A stretch of 64,000 nt of DNA from Lama guanicoe (lineage: Eukaryota). The notes beneath the pieces are model-generated. The model searched no databases. It was not told the origin of the DNA and worked only from the letters and a program-made list of their open reading frames with translations. The DNA is taken from NCBI GenBank assembly GCA_013239625.1, contig MU053493.1:248001-312000 (forward strand). The letters run 5' to 3'. The translations under genes were made by a program, and so were the position numbers. Each line of letters starts with the position of its first letter. Position 1 is the first letter of the stretch. Below, in pieces: positions 40,001 to 53,412 of the stretch.

Positions 40001-41707
40001 TTAAAAGGGATTAAAACTGGAAGTATATAGAATTGTTTAGATAGTAAAAATTTTAAATATAGTATAAAATAGAACAGATAAAAAGGATAAAATAAAAAGA
40101 GAATTTTAAAGGAAGGGAGGGAAAAATGTTTGAAAACAGTATACAATCAATAATACAAGAACAAGTTGAAGCAGAATAGCAACTGGGTTAAGACTTCTTT
40201 TAAATACCTTTAAAAAGGAGAAAAGAGGGAAAGAAATGAAACCTGAGTATAATCTATAACAGGATAGCAAAACCAAGAGAAATAAAAATGAAATGAGGTG
40301 GATTTTTTAAAAAGAAGAATAATAATATTTTAAAGAAAAAAATTGAAGGGATTAAAACTGGAAGTATATTTAATTGTTTCAAAAGTAAATAATAAAAAGG
40401 TAATAGAAAACAAAAGAGATTTTTTAAAACATTAAAGAAGGGAGGGTGTTCTTGTGGAGACTGTGCACTCTTAATGATTTTATCAAGAAGTCTTTCTGTC
40501 TTCACCCTGTTTCACCAACTCAGCTTGCTGTTTCCAGTGGCCCTCTATTGGCGCCCTTGTCTGTGCTGCCTCTAGTGCCTATTGGCTAGCAGATCATGTC
40601 CCCTCCCAACACTGCAGTCAGGTGCTGCTCTCCTTCGCTGTGAGTGGTTGAGTGACTCCCCTTCCTGATACCATAGCCAGATGCTGGGCTCAGGTGAGGT
40701 AGGCGGGCAGATTGCACCCTCTCCCAGAACCACGATCAGGTGCTGTGTTCCCTCTAGGAAGGCAGGTGGCCACCTGTCCTCTGCCAGCACCAGTCGCTCT
40801 GCTGCTCTATGCAGCTGGCCTCTCCACCTAGGGTCCAAGCTCTGTAGGTGAGCTTGAGGAATACCGTGGAACAGCCCTGCCCCTACTCCATGCCAAAACT
40901 CAGCTTCTTGTCTTGATGGAAAAAGTTCTATGAGGTACCAGTGCAGAAAGATCCTCTCTGCCTTGGGCTGTAAACAAGTCTCCATCTGGCCTTTGGGGCT
41001 GCTAAGCCTTAGGTACAGATTCAGGTTTTGACCCTGCCCCAGCCTGGGTGCTAAACACCAGAGGATATGGAGGCTGTGCCTGAGCCCTGCCTCTCTTCTC
41101 CCCAAAGCTTCCACGGGTTTCAGAGATGGGGATATGACACACTTCCCCCTGGGCACATCAGCTGTGTTGTTTTATGGAGGGCCCAGGTTGTTCTTCCCTA
41201 TGCACTCACTCATCCAAGGCACACAGCACCCTGCAGACCCCAGGGCTACCTCAGTGCAGCCGCCCCAGTCCACTGCCTAGATCAGGAAGCCTGGCCCAGC
41301 CCCCAGCAGCCAGCTTGCATCTCAGGCTGGGTGTCCCATGGACCCTTCATTTCCATTTAACTTAGTTCTGTCAGTCAAGGGGTTCTCCATACAGATCAGA
41401 GCCTCAGAGGCTTCCCCTCTGTCCTGCTGGCCTTTCTGTTGGGTGGAGGGAGACCCAGTGAGTAAGTTCTATTACTCCTTTGCCACTCTCGCCAAGGGAC
41501 TGTTGCTGCACTGTTTTGCCTTTTCTTCTTTCTTTTTTCTCTTCTCCTACCAGATTTCTGGTGTCTTTGTCTATTGAAGATGGTGATGTTCTGTTGGAGT
41601 TTGGCAGGTGTTCTGGTTGGCTGTGTGGGTCCGTGGATTTGAGTTTTAGTGTATTTGTGGTAGAGGGTGAGCTACGAGTGCCCTTCTATTCCACCATTAT
41701 GGCTCCC
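34011..41707 (-). mobile_element. Full-length decayed LINE-1 (ORF1 from 39624, ORF2 from 38374) with a doubled 3' end
   Basis: MAMNTYLSFITVNVNGLN, GTFSRIDHVLGHK, SLYADD and ORF1 fragments. 5'UTR homologous to 9270-10456. Degenerate TSD ttcccaaa(a)taaa at 33998 and 41708. Confidence 0.95.
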
Positions 41708-41789
41708 TTCCCAAAATAAAATATTTAAACATTAATTAGTGAACATAGGATTACTTTTACAGAGAAACTACCAATATTTAGGAATTTTT

Positions 41790-41925
41790 TTACTATTTTT
41801 TTAAATTTATTTATTTTGGGGGAAAATAATTAAGCTTATTTATTTTTGATAGAGGTAATGGGGATTGAACCCCAGACCTTCTGCAAGCTAAGCACACACT
41901 CCAGAATTCAGCTATAACATTCCCC
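41790..41925 (-). mobile_element. tRNA-derived SINE, Vic-1-like (camelid)
   Basis: Minus strand reads ggggaatgttatagctgaattctggagtgtgtgcttagcttgcagaaggtctggggttcaatccccattacctct..aaaaataaataag..taatta (A/B-box-like head). ttagga occurs on both flanks. Confidence 0.8.
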
Positions 41926-42260
41926 TTAGGACTATTAATACAAATGTTTGAGGCCACACTGAGATGTCTTCTATAAGAAAGCACACCTTTTGAGAAATTA
42001 CCATTGTTATTTATGTTTGCCAGTCTACATAATGCTAATGTAAAAGATGGTTCATAATTGCTTACTTCTTAGGTTTCACTAGAAATCAAGGTTTTTAAGA
42101 GTTGAAGATTCTAATTTATATATGTAATTAAACCTACTAGAAATAATAAGGGAAGCTTTTAATTACACAGTAGCAAAGTGGGTTGTGTGTTTTTAATAAA
42201 AGAAAGTATGAGGTATGGAATTGCATTTTGTTAAGTAAAAATAAAATAATTTTGTAATTA

Positions 42261-44520
42261 GTTATCCATCAGTGACAGCTAGGTCATGACACAAAATCCT
42301 AAATGCCTGTTCTATAATTCATCTACAAGACTACCACACCTCCAAGCAGCATTCATATCTGTCAATGAAGCTCCAGAAACTCTTGGGTCTGCTGGAATTT
42401 ATAGTCCACATGGCAGAGCGGTCTGAAGTACAGCCTTGGCTTGTTGCAGAGCCATCCCTCATTCTGGATTCTCCTCAAAACTAGTGAGCTTTCTGATTAT
42501 CCAATATATGAGACAGAGAAATACACTCAAGTGAGGAATATGTGGCCTCTAACTTCCAAAGAGGCCTAATCAGCATGATGTATCTTTCTTGGTTGTAAAG
42601 GGGGCTATATGATACAACCCTTTACTTTGAAAGGGATATCTGTGCATGCCCTAATCCTTAAACCTCTAGAAACTTCACTGAGGTAGGAGTCTCCTGAATT
42701 TTAGTTGAATGTATTCCCCAATATTAGATACATAAATGTCTCACCAGTCAGATTGAAGTGGTCACTCTTACTGCTTAAAAGAGTCATTCAGCATAATGTT
42801 ATCAATAAAATGAACAAGTATATTGTCTTATAGAAGGGAATGATTATCACTGTGTCATAAACTGCAAAGTTGATATTCCCCAGACTTAGGATGTAAAGGC
42901 TTATTAATTACCTTGCCACCAAAAAGGGAACTGCCCTGGTAAGCCTTATGGACAAGTTGGAGAAAAAGGCATGTGCCAGATTAATAGCTACTTAGTGACT
43001 ACCATGGGTTGTATGAACTTGCTCACCAATGAAATCACATCTGGGTAAGATTTCTTTAATCCACTGTTACTCAATAAGACTCTTCTGTCTTCTGCACAGA
43101 CCACACAGACGATTTTAGGGATTGTGGTCAAAATTAAAAGCTTCACATCCTTCAAATCTTTAATGGAGGCATAGATCTTTGCAATTACTCCAGGAAAGTG
43201 GCATTGCTTTTGATGTTAGGTAGAGGCAGTTCAAATGACTTCGATGTGGCCTTTGCAAAATAATAGACATCATCCTTCAGACTGAGGAACCAGTGAAATG
43301 ATTCCCTTTTAGGAAGGCTAAGAGAAAGACTAAGTGTATTTTTTTCTTAGTGAAATAAGGTCCTTCTGCAAGGACTTCATTCCCATTCATTCAAGGGTCT
43401 CCAGGTCTCTAAGCTGGCTCACATCAGGGAACTGATTGAAAGTTTATGATTAACACTTTTTATGATTCAAGTTAACACTTTTCCTTATTTTGATCATAAG
43501 TTTTCTGTTTATGCAGATTGAGTAATATTTAATTAGGTTTCTTAATTTCCTTCACTTTTAGAAATACCATGATTTCTTAGCCAACACTATAGGCCCATGC
43601 CAACCAGAATATTTCCATCACTGCTTTGCTTCTGTTGCTCACTATAGGAAATATTTCTACCTTTAGTTTGGTGACTAAGTGATGCTATTTGTTCTGCCAC
43701 AGCATGATCCAATTATACACAGTATATATAGATTTTTCAATTTAGCAGATTTTCCAATTCCCACTGTGAGGTCCAGCCTACAAAGAGGAAAAAACATAGA
43801 GATCCTCAAGGTGCTAGAACTCAACTCTCAAATTTATTTCTCAAATAATTGGTGAAAGGTGGCCTTCAGGACCCTCCCAGTATGGGCAAATAGGTCTTCA
43901 ATAACAAATCCACAGTTACATTCCAGTGTCCCTAAGCTTTTGAACCATTTCCTCTATGTTAAATGAAGTAAGAATAAATATGCCCAGTTTCCATATTATG
44001 GGCCATCTTTTGATCCACATTTTTGTCCACATATTTGTCATAAAAAACAACTGATTAGATTCCTTTTTACTCCAAATACTACAACAGGAAATGCACAATC
44101 TCTGATTCATGGGCCTATAAAAGTTAATTGGGACTGATCCAAATTTATATTGCTTCTACAATTATCAACCACACCCATAAAGTACTTTTCCTCACATATT
44201 CTCCAGATTCCTGTTCACACAAACACACTCAAGTATTTTACAGTGTCTATATATCCTCACTGGTTACACTTTGTAACCTCACCTTTTGTTGTCTACTGTG
44301 ACCTGAGTCTACTCATAAGTGGCCACTGCTTCAGGAGAGGATATTACCATTTTCCTGTTTAATCTGGGTTAATATCCTTAGACTGAGGTAAAAAGGCTGA
44401 TATCACGGTGCATTAGGAGACTGATACTACTTGGGATGGAGGTGAGAAACCCAATGATATTGGAGAACTCACTTCCACTGTGGGTGATGAGACCTCTTGC
44501 ACTGGGGAAAAACACTAATA
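42261..44520 (-). mobile_element. ERV-L gag and pol remnant
   Basis: MWIKRWPIIWKL...FNIEEMVQKLRDTGM resembles ERV-L Gag (WIKRWPTVSELE..FNVEEGIQRLREIGM). FPGVIAKIYASIKDLKD (~43140-43200) and a PHLSVFL.LIYWIIRKLTSFE segment (~42470-42540) resemble ERV-L RT. Confidence 0.85.
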
Positions 44521-44527
44521 ATCAGGC

Positions 44528-46765
44528 AGGGGGATCAAGATGGCAGTGTAGGAGGATGCTGGGCTCTCATCTTCCCTCACAAACACATCAGCAGTACAAC
44601 TACATATAGAACTAATCACTGACATCAGTCTGGGGACTAGCATGATGGCTCTTCTACAACCAAAGCTAAAAAGAAAGGTCCATACAGAATCTGATAAAAT
44701 GGGAGGTTAAGTGATCTGTTTGGGACACATTCTCCTAGTAAGGGTCACAGAAGTAGATTAGGATATCACAGTTACAGGGACCCCTCCTGGGAAGCAAGTG
44801 ATTTGAGCCACATATTAAGTACCCTAGCCCTTGTGTCTGACATTGGTAAGACAAGCCACCTTAGCTGGTTTGAAAACCAGTGAGATTTACTGGAGGGCTG
44901 TAAGAAACTGTGACTCTGCTCTCAAACAGTGAAAGCACAGACTTGCTTATAACCAGTCACACTGCTGAAGCAATAGACTGTAAACTTCCTGGGGCTCTGG
45001 TCAGCTGGTCAGGACCACAAAGGCACATCCCCCAGCCTGCATCAGCCTCCAGCCCCTCTTGTTCCAGCCCTGCTCCTCACTAAGGCAGAGGGTGTCATTG
45101 CCTATGAGAGTGTGCATACTCAAAGGGAACAGAGCCAGCTCTTACCCCAGCCCTGCATCTGATCCAGGTGGAGGCAGCCATTGACAGCATGCACTTTGGT
45201 GCACACACTAGGGAAAGACTGATATTAGCTGAAACATGCTTATTGTGCCTACTTGAAAAAGAGTAGTACTAGCTCCAGGTGGAGACCATTACCAGAATGC
45301 CTGTCCCTACACACACGTGGAAGGGAGGCAGTTCAGCAGTGTTGCACAACCCCTCTGGGCCCTACTGAGGCTTTAATCAAGGTACTCACACTGGGAAAAG
45401 CATGTAACCAGCTCAGAAGTGCAGCCTTAAGTTCTCAGGTACCAGCTATATATCAAACCAAGACAGAGACTCACATCACATCTATTAGAAATGAACGACT
45501 GGATTCTTGTTACAGAACCTTAGGCCTTGATCCCATCTGCAAAGTGTAGTGACAGCCATTGAGCATCGGAGATATCTCAGTTTGCAAATTCTGGTTCTAG
45601 ACCCTTCAATTCAGTCCTGTCTCCCACCAAGACAGTGGTTGCTACCACATTCTAGGGAAAAACATGGTCCTTGCACAATTTGAATCCAGCTCTCCCAACA
45701 GAGTCACTGTGTATATGCAGACTGCACATGGAGGCTCCCACAAAAGAATTCAGGTTCAAAATGGGATAGATGACAGTTTCACTTAATTTTGTAGACACTG
45801 AGGAAGATAAACAAAATGAAAAGACAGGGCAATATGTTTGAAATGAAAGAAGAAGGGAAAAAACTCTGAAATTACCCCTAGTTAAACAGAGATAAATTAA
45901 TTCAACTGATAAAGAGTTCAAATCAACAGTAATAAGATTGCTAACTGATCTTGGGAAAAGAGGAAATGAACACAGTGAGAAACTTCATAAAGAAATATAA
46001 AACATAAAGGAGGACTCAACAGAGTTGAAAAAAATAAAAAGAGAAATGAAAATGACACTAGAGAGAATCAAAAGCAGATTAGATGAACCAGAAGAATGTA
46101 TAAGTGTTCTGGAATACAGAATACTAGAGAATACCAAATCAGAACAGCAAAAAGTCAAAAAAAATTTAGAAATGTTAGAAGAGTTTAAGGGATTTGTAGG
46201 AGAACATCACACATACTGGCATTAAAATTATGAGTTCCAAAAAGAATACAAAGTTGTGGTAGCTGGGGGTGGGATGGGAAATACTGGGAGTTTGAAATTG
46301 GTAGATACTTCCAGGTGTATATAGAATAGATAAACAAGATTATACCATATAGCACAGGGAAATATATACAAGATCTTGTGGTAGTTCGTGGTTGGAAAAA
46401 AAGTGATAATGAATTTATATATGTTCATGTATAACTGAATATTGTGCTCTACACAAGAAATTGACACAACATTGTAAACTGACTATAACTCAATAAAATA
46501 AAATTTTAAAAATCTTATAGTAACCTATAATGAAAAAGAATATGAAAACAAATATGTGTATCTACTAATGAAGCATTATGCTGTACACCAGAAATTGACA
46601 AACATTGTAAACTGATTATACTTTAATACAAAATTAAAATTAACATTAAAAATTTAAAAAAAGCCAAAATGAGAAAAAAACAGAGGGGGATAGAGAAATT
46701 ATTTGATGAAATTATGGTTGAAAGTTTCCCAAAACGGAAGAGGGAAATGGATATCCAAGTATAAG
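44528..46765 (+). mobile_element. L1/HAL1-like 5'UTR + ORF1 part, 3'-truncated, interrupted by nested L1 3' ends
   Basis: Starts gggggatcaagatggc. ORF1 coiled coil (LERIKSRLDEPEECISVLE) resumes at ~46665 (LFDEIMVESFPK). Confidence 0.75.
46230..46662 (+). mobile_element. Two short L1 3'-end fragments with A-tails
   Basis: atagaatagataaacaagattata...ttgacacaacattgtaaactgactataactcaataaaa (~46230-46510), then an older tail tatgctgtacaccagaaattgac (~46510-46662). Confidence 0.8.
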
Positions 46766-46774
46766 CTCATATTT

Positions 46775-47088
46775 CCCCCAACCCAACACTTTGTCCAGCA
46801 ATATTAGGAGGAAAAAACCAATGTTGTTATATTCTTTGCTTTCCAAAAATATTAGAAAGGATCATATACATATAGCTTTTTGCTTTTTATAAATGACTGA
46901 TGAGAAATATTCAATGCAGATATTTTTGTGTGTCTCCATAAATAGGTCACACCATGCACAGAGCTGTGTTTTCTAATGGAAACAGTCACTAGCATCTTTA
47001 TATCTAATTAGAGTAATTCCAGAAATTTCCCAAACAAGAAAACTCATCTAAAAATTATATCCCTAGAACCTCTCTCCATGCCAAAATC
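46775..47088 (-). mobile_element. ERV-L leader / gag start with decayed PBS
   Basis: Right after the LTR the minus strand reads gattttggcatggagagaggttctagggatataattttt, compared with HERV-L gattttggtaccaggagtggttctagaggaacagaatttt (tRNA-Leu PBS). Confidence 0.7.
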
Positions 47089-47648
47089 TGTATTTGACAG
47101 GGTTTTCCAGAAAATCAGAAGTTATAGAACAGAGGGATATAAAAATAGATAATAATGAACATTTCTTAAAGGAATTCACTCTGGTGATTATAGAGGGTAA
47201 ACATCCCACAATATGCCACCCAATAGGTGAAAAACCAGGAAATCTGGTGGCATAATTCAATCTGAGTCCAAAAGCCTAAGAACAAGGGGATTTCATGGCA
47301 TAACTGCTACTCCCAAATCAAAGGCATTAGAATGAAGAAGCCCTTGGTGTAAATCCCAGAGTTCAAAGGCCCAAGAACCAGAATATGTGATGCCCCAGGG
47401 CAATAAAGTATAGATATTCTAGTTCCAGGAGACAGTACAAAACATTGTTTTTTCCTTTCTTTGCTTTTCATCCCACTATGGGCCTCTATTCTGAATGAAT
47501 GTTTCTCTCACATTGGTCAGGGCAGATCTCTCTACTCAGTCACTGAATCAAAGCCAATCTCTTTTGGAAACCCTCTTACAGATGTACACAGAAATAAGGA
47601 TTTACCAGCTATCTGTACATCCCTTAGCCCAGGAAATTTACTATCACA
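47089..47648 (-). mobile_element. ERV-L LTR, MLT2B-like
   Basis: Plus strand tgtatttgacagggttttccag...gagtccaaaagcctaagaac...ttaccagctatctg..catcccttagcccag...ctatcaca, with TG/CA termini. Confidence 0.85.
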
Positions 47649-47837
47649 ACTCTACCCCTTGTCCACTTGTCACCTACAACCACGAACTTCAACCATACTT
47701 AACCTTCAAAAAAAGACAATAATAAGGTCATAATTCTGCCTAGCCTGGTGCAACCCACTGACCTCTTTCCTAGAAGAAGGAAAGTACTTGAGTGAGGTTT
47801 ATTCATCTAGACACTCTGAAACATGCAAAGACATCTG

Positions 47838-47885
<48 letters not shown>

Positions 47886-48264
47886 TTGCTATACACGCAC
47901 ATATACACATGTAATCACAACACAATAAGGCGGGAAGCCTTATGACACTGACAGTCCTCATTTGTGTAACTGGTAAAGTGGTAGCAGCTAAATTAGTAAA
48001 TACTTTCATCCGCTATCTATTATGAATTCCCTTTTTATCAGCAATCACCTCAGCTTGTGGACCTTTACTAGGTAGGGTGACCCAGACCTTCATTCCAGAG
48101 GGGATGGACCGTTAGTAGTTCTGCCCAAATTGAGTTGTAATTTTCCAATCAACTTAACCACAAGGCAGAGTTATAGTAATAGAAACCCTAAAGAATCTCC
48201 TGTATTCCAGATATACTCTTCCTTTCATTAATTGTGTAATAGTTATTCAATTTTCCTTTGGTAT
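47649..48264 (-). mobile_element. ERV-L 3' internal end with PPT
   Basis: actctaccccttgtccacttg...aaccatacttaa...aagacaataataaggtcataattc resembles the ERV-L 3' end. PPT-like aaggggtagagt on minus. Confidence 0.8.
47838..47885. repeat. (TA)n microsatellite with CA interruptions
   Basis: Seen directly in the sequence. Confidence 0.95.
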
Positions 48265-48691
48265 TGACAGATTCTTGCTTCCACAAACCTTAGGTATGCT
48301 CTGAACACTCCCCCAAGCCCATCTGTGCACATCCTTATGAAATCATTAGTGTGAACCCTGCTAAACCAGTTTAGCAAGGGTATCTCATCCTTAAGCTTGA
48401 TTACCCTCAATATCTAATCAGGTTTATCATCCTTCAAAATCCACCAGGTGATGACAGATCAACCTGGCACGACTGTTAGGTGGGTTTAGACACAACCTGC
48501 TCTTTCTGTTTTCTCTGAGCAATTTTCCATTTACTAAGCTCCCCCTCAAAGCTCCTTGTTTATAAATTCCAAATTTCTCATGCTGTTTTTGGAATTGAGT
48601 GTGTTCTATACTGATATTCCCCTTTCCCATTGCAATAGTCCTCAATAAAACCTGTTTTTATTCTTCTAAAAGCTCTGGTTGTTATTTGACA
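48265..48691 (+). mobile_element. MER67-like 5' LTR, array copy 4
   Basis: tgacaga...gcccatctgtgcacatcctt...ccagtttagcaag...tataaattcc...ctcaataaa...tttgaca. Confidence 0.8.
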
Positions 48692-49921
48692 ACTACAGTG
48701 CTAAAATGGAAATAAACTAGATTCATTCTGGAGCATGGGGTACTCCTTTGCAGCCTTTGTATTTATTCCTGATTGATTGATTTGGGATCCTTTGTTGGGC
48801 CTGACTTCAAATTATTGGTCCAGACAAATATCCCCTGAATATAGGTTAGAGTCCCAGACAAACAGAGGCTGAGTTTGAGTTATGGTCTTCCCTCTAAGGT
48901 TGGAGTCACAGACAAACACAAATTGCGTTAGAGTCCCAGGCAAGCAAGCACTTGCAAGAAACTGAAAAGTTGGGTTAGAATCCCAAACTTCTGTGTTCGT
49001 GACTATAAAGCTACTACTATTTAAGATCTTGGAAGTATCTCAGTGGACTGAATATACCATTCCTAAATACTTGCTGAGTATATGCCCCACCAACACTTTT
49101 CAATTTCATTTATTTTGGACACAGTTTTACTAAAGATAGTTTGGAAACTCAGTCTGGCTCCTTAGCCCTTTCCTTTCCTGTCATAGCTTTTCCTATTTCC
49201 CATTTTCACTACTTTTGATCTTTCCTCCAGTTCCCTTGAGTCATTTGATGTGTCCCCTTCAAATCCTACCTTTTCCATCCCTCTCTGCACCACATAGACT
49301 TTTCTCTTCCCACCTAGCCCCTTGGCTCTTGACACTCACTTGAACTTTAGGCCCACATGAAGGAATCTCAGCAGACTAAGGAAGCACCACCAAAGGCAAC
49401 CACTTTGGGCTGAAAAGAGTAAAAAAGGCCTACTAGAAAACAGAACTGCACATTCTGCCCACTCAGAAGGGTTTTGCAGCTGTTAAGGGTCTCCTCAGAT
49501 ACTGGCCTAAAATTATGTCACTGCCTTATCAGATTACATGTTAAAGCAAAAGAAAATTAAAAGTCTCCTCCAAAATATTGATAAATAAGCCATTTTAACT
49601 TATCCCCTTGCCTGCAACAGAATTCAAATGAAAATATAAAGTGAAGATAAACCAGTGAGGTTGAATTACTACGTTTTACTATCTCATAGATAAAATTTTC
49701 TAATGAAAGATGTAAGATGTCCGTTTCCACATGTCTATAATTTAGGTACATTTACATGTTTTTGTACATATTTATGTATGTTAAATATATAAGTTTTTTC
49801 TCTCCCTCTGGATGATATTATTAAGTTAATTTATAAAATCCTTTAATGGAGTTGTATTCAAATCAGCTTACAGATAAATGCTCATTTCTGTAAATTAAGT
49901 ATTCCTAAACACTTGGTAATA

Positions 49922-52194
49922 CAGTCAGTACTCAGTATACAATGTTTTTTCATCCATGGATTCAACCAATTGCAGATCAAAGATATTAAAAAAAAACTAT
50001 TTCTATTTTATTTGCTGTAATTTCTTCATTTTCCTTTCTTATTTTGCTTATTTGTGCTCTCTCATTTTTCTTCTTCGTGAATTTGGCAAGAGGTTTCTCG
50101 ATTTTATTTACTTTTTCAAAAAACCAGTTTTTGGTTTGATTGATTTTTTCTATTATTTTAATCTCTATTTTGTTTATTTCCTCCCTGATCTTTATTATTT
50201 CCTACCTTCTGTTGCCTTTTGGGGATTTTTACTCTTCTTTTTCTAAAAAAAATGGAAAAAATATCCCATACTCTTGGAATGGAAGACACAATATTGTTAA
50301 AATGGTCATGTTGACCAAGGCAATCTACAGATTTAATGCAATCCCTATCAATTTACAGAGGACATATTTCACAGAACTCCAACAAATCATAATTAAATTT
50401 ATATGGAACCATCAAAAACCTACAATTGCCAAAGTATTACTGAAGAAAAAGAATGAAGCTGGAGGAATAACTCTCCCAGACTTCAGACAATACTATGGAG
50501 CTACAGTCATCAAGACAGCATGGTATTGGTACAAAAACAGACATATAGACCAATGGAACAGAATAGAGAGCCCAGAAGTGAACCCACAAACTTTTGGTCA
50601 ACTAATCTTCCACAAAAGAGGCAAGAATATACAATGGAATAAAGACAGCCTCTTCAGCAAATGGTGTTGGGAAAACTGGATGGCAGCATGTAAAGCAATG
50701 AAACTAGAACACTCCCTTACACCATACACAAAAATCAACTCAAAATGGATCAAAGACTAAGACATAAGACAAGATACAATAAACCTCCTTGAGGAAAATA
50801 TAGGCAAAATATTATCTCACATACATCTCAAAAATGTTTTCCTAGAACAGTCTATTCAAGCAATAGAAATAAAAGCAAGAATAAACAAATGGAACCTGAT
50901 AAAACTTTCAAGCTTCTGTACAGCAAAGGAAACCATAAGTAAAACAAAAAGACAATGTACGGAATGGGAGAAAATGTTTACAAATGAAACTGACAAAGGC
51001 TTGATCTCCAGAATATATAAGCAGCTCATACGTCTTAATAAGAAAAAAAAAAAGCAACCCAATCCAAAAATGGGCAAAAGACCTAAACAAGCAATTCTCC
51101 AAGGAAGACATACAAATGTTCACTAGGGACATGAAAAAATGCTCAATATCACTGATTATCACAGAAATGTAAATCAAAACTACAATGAGGTATCACCTCA
51201 CACCAGTCAGAATGGCCATCATTCAAAAATCCACAAATGACAAATACTGTAGAGGCTGTGAAGGAAAGGGAATCCTCCTGCACTGCTGGTGGGAATGCAG
51301 GTTGGTGTAGCCATGTGGAAAACAGTATGGAGATTCCTCAAAAGATTAGAAATAGACTTACTGTATGACCCAGGAATCCTGCTTCTGGGCATATATTCAG
51401 AAGGAACCCTACTACAAAATGACACCTGCACCCCAATGTTCATAGCAGCACTATTTACAATAACCAAGACATGGAACAGCCTAAATGTCTATCAACAGAT
51501 GACTGGATAAAGAAGCTATGGTGTATTTATACAATGGAATACTACTCAGCCTTAAAAACTGACAACATAACGTCAATTGCAGCAACGTGGCTGTCCCTGG
51601 AGAATGTCAATGTAAATGAAGTAAGCCAGAAAGAGAAAGAAAAATACCATATGAGATAGCTCATATGTGGAATCTAAAATTAAAAGCATACAAACAAAAC
51701 AGAAATACAAAACAGAAATAGACTCATAGATACAGAATACAAATTTGTGATTGCCAAGGGGGTGGGGGGTGGGAAGTGATAAACTGGGGTTTCAAAATAT
51801 AGAATAGATAAACTTGATTATAGTGTATAGCACAGAGAATTATATACAATTTCTTATGGTAGCTCACAGAGAAAAAATGTGACACTGAATATATATATGT
51901 TCATGTATAACTGAAAAATTGTGCTCTACACTGGAATTTGACACAACATTGTAAAATGATTATAAATTAATAAAAAATGTTTAAGAAAAAGCAAAAAGCA
52001 AAACTTGGATTTGTCCTCTACCAGCAAGAATTGACATATCATTTACATTATAGTGAAAATTGTAATTTATCTAGAAGCTATGTAAGTATACAGGAAATAG
52101 GACACAATTTTATAATATGAACTTGACTATCCATGTATTTTTACATTCATGGGGGCTATGGAGCCAATTTTCTGAGGATACCCAAGAATGACTG
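49922..52194. mobile_element. MER2/Tigger-like non-autonomous DNA transposon, split by an L1
   Basis: TA|cagtc...catccatggattcaaccaa... on the left and ...ggatacccaagaatgactg on the right. Terminal inverted cagtc/gactg. Confidence 0.7.
49998..51990 (+). mobile_element. LINE-1 with 5' inversion (inverted 49998-50244, sense 50245-51990)
   Basis: An antisense ORF2 piece is fused to sense ORF2 ([16 protein letters not shown]...), followed by the 3'UTR, AATAAA and an A-rich tail. Confidence 0.9.
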
Positions 52195-53061
52195 CATAGA
52201 AAAAAACATGTTTTATTAAAATTTATAAAGTTATAAAATTTTATTTGGGACAATGTTTATAATAAAGCTATTTTCCAAAACTTGTCAAAATAAAAACAAG
52301 CAAACAGGAATGTCTTCAGATCAACTAAAGCAGGCATACACCTTCTTTCTACCTAGGTTTACTAGACAAAGAAGTTTAAGTTATCTCTTCTTGATGGTTA
52401 AGGTTATAAAATTATAAATTCAAACAAAGAAAAAATTATGCAATAAAATTAGTTTTTGATATATTTTCAGCCCAGTATGTAAAAAAAATAAATGAAAACA
52501 AAAAAAAGTGCTGTATATTTAACCTTTAATTTCTTTGCTTCTGTGATTTTTTTTGATAGGTGCCTAATTTGTCAACAAAAAAGTAACTCAGGATTATGAC
52601 TAGGTTTGTTTAGTTCATGAACTTCTCATGATCAGTTCAAACATAACCATTCATTACAAGTGATTAAATAGATGTGAATGAATAAAAGTTTCAAAATAAA
52701 CTTCAACAATAATTATGTTTTATAGGAGTAAGTCCACTTAAAACTAGTCCTGCAAAATTTTTAGTAACTTGAAACTTTAAAGTTATATTATGTGATGGTA
52801 AATCATATATATTTGTTGAATATCTAGAGCATTTCTAAATAAAATATTTAAACATTAATTGCTGAACAAACATTTATCTACTTTTTATGCTATTGAATTG
52901 TTTTTTATTGAAGTATAGTTAAAAGTTTGTCTACTTTTGGCAATTTTTAAATAAATTATAGAGAAGCTAAACATATTTGAGTCTGTTTATAAAAAATAAA
53001 TTGTACTGTGAAAATGCATTACTTTTAATATTTATGAATTCTGTATTAGTAAATTTGGTTC

Positions 53062-53408
53062 TGAAGGTGAAAAACCCACAAAGGGACCAGGAAGACCTCC
53101 CAGGAAGGGCCTTTGCCTACCTGCTTTTGGGCTTCTTCAAAATGGCTTGCTTCTAGGAAAATGAAATTTACCCCTAAAATCCCATTGGTTCCCAAAAGCT
53201 CCTACTGATTGGTCCATTTTTAACACCACATTTGTGTATGGTATGGACTTAATTGAAACCTAAAACCCTATAAAATCATATGTAAACCTACAGACGGGTC
53301 CAGAGCTTGGACTGTTAAATCCTTTGGGCTAACCAGGAAAATAAACCTGAGTTATACAACCCTCTGAGTGCTGCTTGGTCTCTCAACAGGATTCATGTTT
53401 CTGCAACA
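53062..53408 (+). promoter_or_regulatory. Provirus 5' LTR
   Basis: tgaagg...gcaaca, two attgg (reverse CCAAT) boxes, TATAAAA at ~53269, AATAAA at ~53340. Homologous to 61031-61354. Confidence 0.88.
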
Positions 53409-53412
53409 TTTC

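Larger units (their letters stand above)
32222..42260 (+). mobile_element. MER4-group internal sequence of the MER41-like element (32222-34010 and 41723-42260, split by an L1 and a SINE)
   Basis: Follows the LTR and PBS. Gag-start-like remnant MGNKDSQTRKSG at ~33026. The AT-rich body resembles the other MER4-group internals and is continuous across the L1 TSD. Confidence 0.7.

Noticed and set aside
41840..41925. tRNA gene
   Set aside because: A decayed tRNA-like head with an AT-rich tail, consistent with a SINE.
42261..44520. Possible unique host exons
   Set aside because: Translations match ERV-L Gag and Pol remnants.
47252..47262. DUX-like motif TAATTCAATCT in the MLT2 LTR
   Set aside because: Imperfect match in a heavily decayed LTR, with no supporting evidence.
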